Shown piece after piece: positions 50,080 through 59,878 of a stretch of DNA of 64,000 nt; the stretch's first letter is position 1; each line of letters opens with the position of its first letter. The notes under the pieces are model-generated. The model was not told where the DNA came from. It worked only from the letters and a program-made list of their open reading frames with translations, and did no database searches. Origin of the DNA: Malacoraja senta (Eukaryota); the NCBI GenBank assembly GCA_038087875.1, contig CM075987.1:17858001-17922000 (forward strand). The letters are read 5' to 3'. The position numbers and the translations under genes are program-made.

Positions 50080-51052
50080 CAGGCGGGGGGGAGGGGGTGG
50101 AGAGGGGAGACGGGGTGGGGAGAGAAGTGGGGAGGGAGGGGAGAGGGGGGAGGAGGGGAGAGGGGGAGGAGGAAAGGGGAGAGATTGGGGAGGGAGAGGA
50201 GAGCAGGGGTGGGGGAGAGGGAGGCGGAGGAGAGTGGGGAGTGGGGGGAGAGCGGGGAGGGCAGGAAGGGGGAGAGGGTTAGGGGGGTGGGAGGGGATGT
50301 TAGAGGTGGAGAGAGGGGATGAGTGGAAGGTGAGAGGAGTAGGGGGAAGAGAGGGAGAGAGGGGAGGGGGGCAGGGAGAGGGAAGAGTGGGGAGTGAGGG
50401 GCAGAGGGGTAGCGGGGAGTGGTGCAAGAGAGAGGGGAAGGGGGGTGGGGGGAGATGGGGGTGAAGAGAGGTGGGGGAGGAGGTGGGAGGGGAGGAGGGA
50501 GAGGGGTGAGGGGAGAAGGGGATGAGTGTGGAGGGAGGGAGAGAGCGGAGAGAGGGGGAAGATTGGGGAGGGAGAGGGAAGGGAGGGAGGGGAGGGGGGA
50601 GAGGGTGTTGGGGAGGGATGGAGGGAGATAAGTGGAAGAATGGGGAGGGATGGGGAGAGGTGTAGGGGGGAGTGGTGGAAGTGGGAGAGAGGGAGGGTGG
50701 AAGAGGAGAGAGGGGTAGGGGAAGGGGGTGGGGGGGAGACGGAGGGAGGGGGAGAGAGAGGGTGGGGGAGAGAGGGAGAGGGGTGGGGGAAGGGAGGAGA
50801 AAAGTGGAAGAGTGGGGAGGGAGGGGGAGAGTGGTAGGGGGAGTGGTGGAAGAGGGACAGAGGGGTAGGGGTGAGGGGAAGGAGGGGGGAGGGAGGGGTG
50901 GGGTAAGGGGGAGAGAAGTGGAAGAGTGGGGAGGGAGGGGTAGAGGGAGGGGTAGGGAGAGTGGTGGAAGAGGGACAGAGGGGTAGGGGAAGGGGGCGGG
51001 GGGAGTGAGGGGAAATAGTGGGGAGGGAGAGTGAAAGGGGGAGGGGTAGGGA
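50080..51052 (+). repeat. GA-rich polypurine low-complexity tract
   Basis: About 1 kb of G/A-dominated sequence. Confidence 0.95.
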
Positions 51053-52028
51053 CAGTCCATCTGTTCCCCATTCCCTATCACCCCCAATCCTCTTTCTCTA
51101 TTCCCACACACGTGATGACGGACACAGGCTGCGAGGGTGAGGGGGAGGAGCTGGGGCTGCTGCAAAGGCATATGTAAATGAATCCATTCCGATTGGACAT
51201 CTGTGAGCATTGGGCATTGTGACATCACACGACGGAACCTTCACCAACATTCTATGGCTGAGAGCTGTTTTTTTACATTTTGAAATTTTGGGGGTGGGGG
51301 GGGGGAGAGAAGGATTTTATTTAAAAATGTGGACATAAACACGACGAAATTTAATCAGGAGTGGCTACTTGGAAAGAAAAGTGAAATCTCTACCGAAATG
51401 GAAAAAATCTCGGCGTTCTCCGTGCGATGTTGGCGTAACGAGGAATCAAAGGCTGGCAGCCACAAGACATGCAGAACACACACAGATGTTTTAAATATAG
51501 ACTAGTCCAAGTGCAGACCCGTTGGGTCTGTTTCCCCAACGTGCGTTTGCGGGGCGGGGGGGCTGCGGCGTCACACTAACCACCCACCCGTTGGGTCTGT
51601 TCCTCCAAAGCACGGTTGCGGGGTGGGAATCTGGCACCCACAAACACACACACTCATCACACCCGTTGGTATTATCTTAATCTTTAAATTGGCTTACTTT
51701 ATCCCATCTCCACCCTATCCACTGACGAATAGCCCTCACCTCTCAGGTGCGCCTCGAGGGGGGGGGGCAGAGAGAGAAAATTTAATGTTAGAAAAGAAAA
51801 TTTTGTGAGGAGGAGGGTGGAGAGGAAGGGGAAAGAGGAAGGGGGAGAGGCAGGGGGGATAGAGGAGGGGGAGAGAGGAGGGGAGAGAGGAGAGGGGGGG
51901 AGAGAGGAAGGAGAGGATGGGGAGAAAGGTGAAGGGGGGCTTGGAGCGGGCGTGCATGAGTCGAGCTGCGGGCTGTGAAGAGAGAAGGGCAGAGAGAGAG
52001 AGAGAGAGAGGGGAGAGGCAGAGAGACT

Positions 52029-52223
52029 GGTACACAAAAAAAAAAGCTGGAGAAACTCAGCGGGTGCAGCAGCATCTATGGAGTGAAGGAAATAGGCAAC
52101 GTTGCAGGCCGAAACCCGGGTTTCGGCCCGAAACGTTGCCTATTTCCTTCGATGCATAGATGCTGCTGCACCCGCTGAGTTTCTCCAGCTTTTTTTTTGT
52201 GTACCTTCGATTTTCTGTGTACC
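52029..52223. mobile_element. Palindromic Penelope-like remnant, duplicate of 49774-49981
   Basis: Same hairpin and same left flank (GCAGAGAGACTG); the right flank is replaced by ERV pol. Confidence 0.75.
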
Positions 52224-54363
52224 TTCCTGTGTCAGTACTGCTGCAGTGTAGCCCTCCTGCCTATTAGAAACATTCAGGTGAAAAGCCTTTTCATAGTTTG
52301 GCAGGGCTCGGGCTGGGGCTGACTGTAACTCCTGCTTAATAATGTTAAAAGCCATTTCCGCCTCATTATTCCATTGCAAGACATTCCTCAGACTTGCGTG
52401 TCCTGCTTCCTTCATTATTTTCCTTAAAGGCATCACAATTTCAGCATACTCTCCAATCCAATCTGAACCATATCCTGCCATTCCCAAGAATGTCATCATC
52501 TGTCCTACTGTCAGAGGTTTTGGAGCTTTAATTATTGCCTCAATTTGATCCTGCGCTATAGTTTTTACCCCTTTGGATATTACGCGTCCTAAATATTCTA
52601 CTTGCTATTTACAAAACTGCAACTTCTTCCTGGATACTTTGTGACCTCCGTATGCCAACCTTTCCAAGAGAATTAAAGTGTCTTGCTCACACTGTTTCTC
52701 ACTTGTGGAACAAACCAACAAATCATCCACATACTGTATTAACCTACTTTCTAGGGGTATGCCTTCCAAATCTGCTTTTAATATCTGATTGAAGGCATGG
52801 GGTGAATGTTTAAATCCCTGCGGCATCCTAGTATAGGTATATTTAGTACCTCGATATGTAAACGCAAACAAATACTGACATTGCTCTGCTAAGGGTACAC
52901 TAAAAATCGCTGAACAAAGATCTACTACCGAAAGACAAGCTGTAGTCAACAGTATGTGTGGATTTGGTACCACTGCTGGCCAGTCCCTCACCACCTCGTT
53001 TACCGCCTACAGATCATGCTCTAGACTCCACTTAAACTTGTCTGCTTTCAAGACCGGTAAATAACGGGATGTTGCAAGGAGTACGTGTTTTAATAAGGAC
53101 TCCCACCTCCAGTAAACCCTGTAATGTTGGTGCTATACCTTCCTCTGCCTCTGGCTTCAGGGGGGTATTGTGGTCTCCTGAGTGGAATTGCTCCCTGCTT
53201 CAAACTTATTTCCACCAGACTAGCAGACTTTACCTTTCCAACATCTGTGTTGTGTTGTGACCATAGAGTGGGGGGGGGGGGGGGGGGGGAGCAACCTATC
53301 CAACCCTTCCTCCTTTGTCTGACCCCTCTCTTTTTGTCATCAAGGAAAAATGTTGCCAGGGAGTAATTTCGACCCCTTTCAATGTTCCCATCATATCTAT
53401 ATTCACCACTATCTTGATGTAATCATTATTTTCTGATTTCAATACCTGTGGTGTAATTGTTCCCACTTTGTAATAGGACCTGCCTGTTTCACCAGAGGCC
53501 CCAAGTCTCTGGACTGATGTCCTTCATTTACAAGCAATGTCACAAAGGGTGCAACTCCTGGCACCCTATATACCACTTCTCCAAAAATACGTTCCATTTA
53601 ATCTGCAAGGCTGCCCCTTGTTTTCCCAATTATTATTGCTTCTGCTTTCAGGTGGTGCTGACTGCAACCCCCTACACACCACATTCCCCTAATGTCTGCA
53701 TCGTGAGCTTCATCAAAAAATCACTGTAGAGTGTAACTCAGATTTGGGCTGGGCTGCTTTGGGCAGTATGGCCAGCACGCCCTTCTTCCATTTCTCCCAT
53801 GTTTCCCAAATTTGATCTTCTATATCTCCTACCCAGAAGACATTAACTTTTCTAACTTCCTGCATCATCATTTGAGCACTTGTCCTATCCACACTCAAAC
53901 CATTTCTAGTACATTCCAAATTTAACTCCAATTTCAACATAGCATCTCTACCTAACAAATTAATGGGGGTCCCTTTAGACACCAATACCGGCAATACTAA
54001 GAAGGGTTTCGGCCCGAAACTTTGCCTATTTCCTTCGCTCCATAGATGCTGCTGCACCCGCTGAGTTTCTCCAGCATTTTTGTGTACCGGCAATACTATT
54101 TCCTTATTGCTCATTTCTAAACTTACAGGGGCCGTGAACCGCGTTAACTGTGTCTTTCCCGAGAACCCTACAGTTTTAACAAATTTTCCTGACATGGGAA
54201 GGTGGGAGGCATATTGTGGTTGCACACATGTATATGTAGCTCCCGTATCTATCATCATGGGTTTTAACCGTCCCCCCGAAATTACCTGAATCATAGCTTC
54301 TTCTTCTGCCTTTCGTGTTATCATTGGGTAATGTCCCTTCCCATCCGGGTTCTCTGGGTACCC
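52224..54363 (-). pseudogene. ERV pol: protease (about 53900-54324), 2H-phosphoesterase-like domain (about 53460-53860), RT (about 52224-53200)
   Basis: ORF track pieces 53713-54324, 52605-52994 and 52140-52499, plus manual translation across frameshifts. Confidence 0.8.
54000..54084 (+). mobile_element. Short Penelope-like insertion in the ERV protease
   Basis: AGAAGGGTTTCGGCCCGAAAC...TTTTTGTG; 14-bp duplication TACCGGCAATACTA at 53986-53999 and 54085-54098. Confidence 0.8.
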
Positions 54364-55398
54364 CTAGTATCTAGGATAGGGGCTCACAGGTCCAGCCGGG
54401 CCCGTCGGGGCTGGCCCTGGGTTAAAGTATTGTTCGCCTTCCACTGGTCCCTGATTATATGGGCTGGGCCATGGACAGTGTGGGCAGTTATTCCTCAGGT
54501 GCCCTACCTGATCACACCCCCAACACACCTTATCCATCACCTGTCTCCTCACTAGCCTTCCATGACCTCCTCCTTGAGATCCCTCCCTCCCTTGGGGACC
54601 CCAGTCCTGTCCGGGCTTATATCCAGATTTATTTCACTCCTGATAGGACATTTGAGAGAACGCTCCCCAAAGACATTTATTATTGGCATGAGATTCTTCG
54701 GCCCCCGTTTGGCTCTGTCATAGGACTCACTGTATGTCGGTCCATCACTTATTTCTGTTGTTCCAACCAGGTCTGTTACTGACAACATTGCTTTCCTTTT
54801 TCACGCTCTTTCTCTTTGAGCTCTTTAAGTTGCATTTGCATCACTTTTCTCTGCACCTCTTCCTGCTGGTCTACAAGTCTTTTTCATGTCTTTGTGATAT
54901 TTTTCGGCCGCATGGACCAAATGATCCCTGAACTGGGGGTGAGACATAGATGACAATCCCACCACCTTCTCCAGTCTAGACTTGACTTGAGGAGGCATGG
55001 CATCCACCACAGTGGTTTAGAACATAGTGTTCATTAACTGGTTGCCTTCTATTTCTTGTTCTGTTTCGAGTCTCCACCTTTTCAGCTGGTTCTCCAGATA
55101 GGCTGCTGGATTCTCTGCCTCCCCCAGTGGATCACCCCTTAATCCTTGGGGTCCACCTTAAGTGGGTAACAGTGTCTGAGGGCCTGCCATACCCTCTGCC
55201 TGACTGTGTCAAACGGCATGCCATTGATCATTGCATTATTCGCTGCATTTTTTATACCAGCCATCTTCAGGAGTTCTGTCAGTTTAGTGGTTCCTATCAC
55301 TTTCACCAACAGTGCCTTCAAATCTCCCATAGCGAACAAGCGTCCCGCATTCTCCTCCTCAAAAGCCATAATCCATTCTCCTGCCCCATCAGGTAGGA

Positions 55399-55656
55399 GA
55401 GCGGTAGGATTTAAAGAGGAGCGCGGGGCTTGCTTCTACAGAGGCCCGAGAGCCGTTGGAGAGGTCACAGAGGGAGGAGCTACACCCGAGCGGTAGGATT
55501 TAAAGAGGAGCGCGGGGCTTGCTTCTACAGAGGCCCGAGAGCCGTTGGAGAGGTCGCAGAGGGAGGAGCTACACCCGAGCGGTAGGATTTAAAGAGGAGC
55601 GCGGGGCTTGCTTCTACAGAGGCCCGAGAGCCGTTGGAGCTGTCGCAGAGGGAGGA
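55399..55656 (+). repeat. 89-bp tandem monomers (about 2.9 copies) in the CR1 5' UTR
   Basis: GAGCGGTAGGATTTAAAGAGGAGCGCGGGG... starts at 55399, 55488 and 55577. Confidence 0.93.
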
Positions 55657-55826
55657 GGAACCGAAATCTGCAACGTTCCAAGTTCCACTTCAAAAACAAG
55701 TGGGTTTGAGGAAGCCGCTGATTGGTGGAAGCAGACAAGAGGGAGCAGCTGATTGGGAGTCAGATCCCTCCTGATTGTACAGTATTGTAGCAGTTTGTTT
55801 TGTATTGTATCCAGGGTAAGGGGAGT

Positions 55827-56762
55827 ATGAGGGCCAGGGCAGTTTACTGTTCTGGATGTCAGATGTGGGAAGTCATGGAGTCTGATAGCCCTCCAGACGT
55901 CCACATCTGCGCCAGGTGTATCGAGATGGGGCTCCTAAGGGACCGTATTAGGAACCTGGAGCAGCAACTCGATGACCTCCGTCTGGTCAGGGAGAGCGAT
56001 GAAGTCATTGAGAGGAGTTACAGGGAGGTGGTCACTCCAAGACCACAGCAGGCAGGCAAGTGGATCACGGTTGGGAGAGGCAAGGGGCACAGGCAGGGAC
56101 TAGAGAGTACCCCGGTGGCTGTACACTTTGACAATAAGTACTCCTGTTTGAGTACTGTTGGGGGCGACAGCCTACCTGGGGGTAGCGACAGCGGCCGGGC
56201 CTCCGGTATAGAGACCGGTCCTGTTGCTCAGAAGGGTAAGGAAAAGAAGAGGAGGGCAATACTAATAGGGAACCCTATAGTTAGGGGGTCAGACAGGCGA
56301 TTCTGTGGACACAGTCGGGAGACCCGGATGGTAGTTTGCCTCCCTGGTGCCAGGGTCTGTGATGTGTCTCAACGTGTCCAAGATATCCTGAAAGGGGAGG
56401 GAGAGGAGCCCGAGGTCGTGGTACATATAGGTACCAATGACATAGGTAAAAAAAGAGAAGAGGCCCTGAAAGGAGAATTTAGGGAGTTAGGAGGGGAGTT
56501 AAAGAGAAGGACAGCAAAGGTAACAATCTCGGGATTACTGCCTGTGCCACGCGACAGTGAGAGTAGGAATGGAGCAAGGTGGAGGATAAATGCGTGGCTG
56601 AAGGACTGGTGCAGAGGGCAGGGATTCAAATTTCTGGATCATTGGGACCTCTTTTGTGGAAGGTGCGACATGTACAAAAAGGATGGGTTGCACTTGAACC
56701 TGAGGGGGACCGATATCCTGGCGGGGAGATCTGCAAAGGCTACTGGGGAGACTTTAAACTAG
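55827..56762 (+). CDS. CR1 ORF1p (Zn finger, coiled coil, SGNH esterase fold)
   Basis: CSGC...CARC, a heptad region, CLPGA, HIGTND and DGLHL. ATG at 55827. The usual GDS reads GNP. Confidence 0.88.
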   Translation: MRARAVYCSGCQMWEVMESDSPPDVHICARCIEMGLLRDRIRNLEQQLDDLRLVRESDEVIERSYREVVTPRPQQAGKWITVGRGKGHRQGLESTPVAVHFDNKYSCLSTVGGDSLPGGSDSGRASGIETGPVAQKGKEKKRRAILIGNPIVRGSDRRFCGHSRETRMVVCLPGARVCDVSQRVQDILKGEGEEPEVVVHIGTNDIGKKREEALKGEFRELGGELKRRTAKVTISGLLPVPRDSESRNGARWRINAWLKDWCRGQGFKFLDHWDLFCGRCDMYKKDGLHLNLRGTDILAGRSAKATGETLN

Positions 56763-59700
56763 AATGGTTGGGGGGGAGGGACTCAAATAGAGAAGCTATT
56801 AGACAGTGTGTGAGGCAGGAGGCAGAGAAGGAAAGCACTCAGACCCAACATGTAGGGGGGAAAGAAGAAAACAATAATAAACAGAGAATAAGAGGTGGTG
56901 GGGTTCTTAAATGGGTGAGCAGAGAAACAGAGGGGTGTAAAATGCGGGCGGAAGCAATAGGTAGCAAGGTGAAAAGTAAAAGTGGCAGGCAGACAAATCC
57001 AGGGCAAAAATCAAAAAGGGCCACTTTTCAACATAATTGTATAAGGGGTAAGAGCGTTGTAAAAACAAGCCTGAAGGCTTTGTGTCTCAATGCAAGGAGC
57101 ATTCGTAATAAGGTGGATGAGTTGAACGTGCAGATAGCAATTAATGATTATGATATAGTTGGGATCACGGAGACATGGCTCCAGGGTGACCAAGGCTGGG
57201 AGCTGAACATCCAGGGATATTCAATATTCAGGAGGGGTACAGAGAAAGGAAAAGGTGGTGGAGTAGCATTGCTGGTTAGAGAGGAGATTAATGCAGTGGA
57301 AAGGAAGGACATTAGCTTGGAGGATGTGGAATCGGTATGGGTAGAGCTGCGAAACACTAAGGGGCAGAAAACGCTGGTGGGTGTTGTGCACAGGCCACCT
57401 AGCAGTAGTAGTGAAGTTGGGGATGGCATCAAACAGGAAATTAGAAATGCGTGCAACAAAGGCAAAACAGTTATAATGGGTGACTTCAATCTACATATAG
57501 ATTGGGTGAATCAAATTGGCAGGGGTGCTGAGGAAGAGGATTTCTTGGAATGTATGCGGGATAGTTATCTAAACCAACATGTAGAGGAACCAACGAGAGA
57601 GCAGGCTATTCTAGACTGGGTATTGAGTAATGAGGAAGGGTTAGTTAGCAGTCTTGTTGTGCGTGCCCCCTTGGGCAAGAGTGACCATAATATGGTTGAG
57701 TTCTTCATTAGGATGGAGAGTGACATTGTTAATTCAGAAACAACGGTTCTGAACTTAAAGAAAGGTAACTTTGAGGGTATGAGACGTGAATTGGCCAAGA
57801 TTGACTGGCAATTAGTTCTAAAAGGGTTGACGGTGGATATGCAATGGAAGGCATTTAAAGACTGCATGGATGAACTACAAAAATTGTTCATCCCAGTTTG
57901 GCACAAGAATAAATCAGGGAAGGTAGTGCATCCGTGGATAACAAGGGAAATCAGGGATGGTATCAAAGCAAAAGATGATGCGTACAAATTAGCCAGAAAA
58001 AGCAGCATACCAGAGGACTGGGAGAAATTCAGAGACCAGCAGAGGAGGACAAAGGGCTTAATTAGGAAAGGGAAAATAGATTATGAAAGGAAACTGGCAG
58101 GGAACATAAAAACTGACTGCAAAAGTTTTTATAGATATGTGAAGAGAAAGAGATTAGTTAAAACAAATGTAGGTCCCTTGCAGTCAGAAACAGGTGAATT
58201 GATCATGGGGAACAAGGATATGGCGGACCAATTGAATAACTACTTTGGTTCCGTCTTCACTAAGGAAGACATAAATAATCTGCCGGAAATAGCAGGGGAT
58301 CGCGGGTCAAAGGAGACAGAGGAACTGAGTGAAATCCAGGTTAGTCGGGAAGTGGTGTTGGGTAAATTGAATGGATTAAAGGCCGATAAATCACCGGGGC
58401 CAGATAGGCTGCATCCCAGAGTACTTAAGGAAGTAGCTCCAGAAATAGTGGATGCATTAGTGATAATTTTTCAAAACTCTTTATATTCTGGAGTAGTTCC
58501 TGAGGATTGGAGGGTAGCAAACGTAACCCCACTTTTTAAGAAGGGAGGGAGAGAGAAAACGGGGAATTACAGACCAGTTAGTCTAACATCGGTAGTGGGG
58601 AAACTGCTAGAGTCAGTTATTAAAGATGGGATAGCAGCGCATTTGGAAAGTGGTGAAATCATTGGACAAAGTCAGCATGGATTTACGAAAGGTAAATCAT
58701 GTCTGACGAATCTTATAGAATTTTTCGAGGATGTAACTAGTAGAGTGGATAGGGGAGAACCAGTGGATGTGTTGTATCTGGACTTTCAGAAGGCTTTCGA
58801 CAAGGTCCCACATAAGAGATTAGAATACAAACTTAAAGCACACGGTATTGGGGGTTCAGTATTGATGTGGATAGAGAACTGGCTGGCAAACAGGAAGCAA
58901 AGAGTAGGAGTAAACGGGTCCTTTTCACAATGGCAGGCAGTGACTAGTGGGGTACCGCAAGGCTCAGTGCTGGGACCCCAGCTATTTACAATTTATATTA
59001 ATGAACTGGATGAGGGAATTGAAGGCAACATCTCCAAGTTTGCGGATGACACTAAGCTGGGGGGCAGTGTTAGCTGTGAGGAGGATGCTAGGAGACTGCA
59101 AGGTGACTTGGATAGGCTGGGTGAGTGGGCAATTGTTTGGCAGATGCAGTATAATGTGGATAAATGTGAGGTTATCCCCTTTGGTGGCAAAAACAGGAAA
59201 GCAGACTATTATCTAAATAGTGGCCGATTAGGAAAAGGGGAGATGCAGCGAGACCTGGGTGTCATGGTACACCAGTCATTGAAAGTAGGCATGCAGGTGC
59301 AGCAGGCAGTGAAGAAAGCGAATGTTATGCTAGCTTTCATAGCAACAGGATGTGAGTATAGGAGCAGGGAGGTTCTACTGCAGTTGTACAGGGTCTTGGT
59401 GAGACCACACCTGGAGTATTGCGTACAGTTTTGGTCTCCAAATCTGAGGAAGGACATTATAGCCATAGAGGGAGTGCAGAGAAGGTTCACCAGACTGATT
59501 CCTGGGATGTCAGGACTTCCATATGAAGAAAGACTGGATAGACTTGGCTTATACTCGCTAGAATTTAGGAGATTGAGAGGGGATCTTATAGAAATGTACA
59601 AAATTCTTATGGGGTTGGACAGGCTAGATGCAGGAAGATTGTTCCCGATGTTGGGGAAGTCCAGGACAAGGGGTCACAGCTTAAGGATAAGGGGGAAATC

Positions 59701-59878
59701 CTTTAAGACCGAGATGAGAAAAAACTTTTTCACACAGAGAGTGGTGAATCTCTGGAACTCTCTGCCACAGAGGGTAGTTGAGGGCAGTTCATTGGCTATA
59801 TTTAAGAGGGAGTTAGATGTGGCCCTTGTGGCTAAAGGGATCAGGGGGTATGGAGAGAAGGCATGTACGGGATACTGA
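56579..59878 (+). CDS. CR1 ORF2p (APE endonuclease plus RT), uninterrupted; true start uncertain
   Basis: 1099-aa stop-free frame with [23 protein letters not shown] and FADD. Confidence 0.9.
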   Translation: MEDKCVAEGLVQRAGIQISGSLGPLLWKVRHVQKGWVALEPEGDRYPGGEICKGYWGDFKLEWLGGRDSNREAIRQCVRQEAEKESTQTQHVGGKEENNNKQRIRGGGVLKWVSRETEGCKMRAEAIGSKVKSKSGRQTNPGQKSKRATFQHNCIRGKSVVKTSLKALCLNARSIRNKVDELNVQIAINDYDIVGITETWLQGDQGWELNIQGYSIFRRGTEKGKGGGVALLVREEINAVERKDISLEDVESVWVELRNTKGQKTLVGVVHRPPSSSSEVGDGIKQEIRNACNKGKTVIMGDFNLHIDWVNQIGRGAEEEDFLECMRDSYLNQHVEEPTREQAILDWVLSNEEGLVSSLVVRAPLGKSDHNMVEFFIRMESDIVNSETTVLNLKKGNFEGMRRELAKIDWQLVLKGLTVDMQWKAFKDCMDELQKLFIPVWHKNKSGKVVHPWITREIRDGIKAKDDAYKLARKSSIPEDWEKFRDQQRRTKGLIRKGKIDYERKLAGNIKTDCKSFYRYVKRKRLVKTNVGPLQSETGELIMGNKDMADQLNNYFGSVFTKEDINNLPEIAGDRGSKETEELSEIQVSREVVLGKLNGLKADKSPGPDRLHPRVLKEVAPEIVDALVIIFQNSLYSGVVPEDWRVANVTPLFKKGGREKTGNYRPVSLTSVVGKLLESVIKDGIAAHLESGEIIGQSQHGFTKGKSCLTNLIEFFEDVTSRVDRGEPVDVLYLDFQKAFDKVPHKRLEYKLKAHGIGGSVLMWIENWLANRKQRVGVNGSFSQWQAVTSGVPQGSVLGPQLFTIYINELDEGIEGNISKFADDTKLGGSVSCEEDARRLQGDLDRLGEWAIVWQMQYNVDKCEVIPFGGKNRKADYYLNSGRLGKGEMQRDLGVMVHQSLKVGMQVQQAVKKANVMLAFIATGCEYRSREVLLQLYRVLVRPHLEYCVQFWSPNLRKDIIAIEGVQRRFTRLIPGMSGLPYEERLDRLGLYSLEFRRLRGDLIEMYKILMGLDRLDAGRLFPMLGKSRTRGHSLRIRGKSFKTEMRKNFFTQRVVNLWNSLPQRVVEGSSLAIFKRELDVALVAKGIRGYGEKACTGY

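Larger units (their letters stand above)
46241..52212 (-). mobile_element. Head-to-tail array of non-autonomous Helitron units containing purine-rich low-complexity interiors
   Basis: Reverse-complement Helitron 3' ends (hairpin plus CTAG or a variant) start at 46788, 49253, 49370 and 51502. 5' ends finish at 46787, 49252 and 51501. 51300-51501 is homologous to 11700-11890. Confidence 0.78.

Noticed and set aside
46153..51228. Long Pro/Ser/Leu-rich and Gly/Glu/Arg-rich ORFs (up to 710 aa)
   Set aside because: They are by-products of G/A low-complexity tracts that lack stop codons in several frames at once, with no domain signal.
53270..53289. Poly-G run in ERV pol as a frameshift or regulatory signal
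   Set aside because: More likely a post-insertion slippage expansion or sequencing artefact in an already degraded ORF.
55399..55656. Regular repeats resembling a CRISPR array
   Set aside because: The units are contiguous with no unique spacers, there are no cas genes, and they sit in a eukaryotic LINE 5' UTR.
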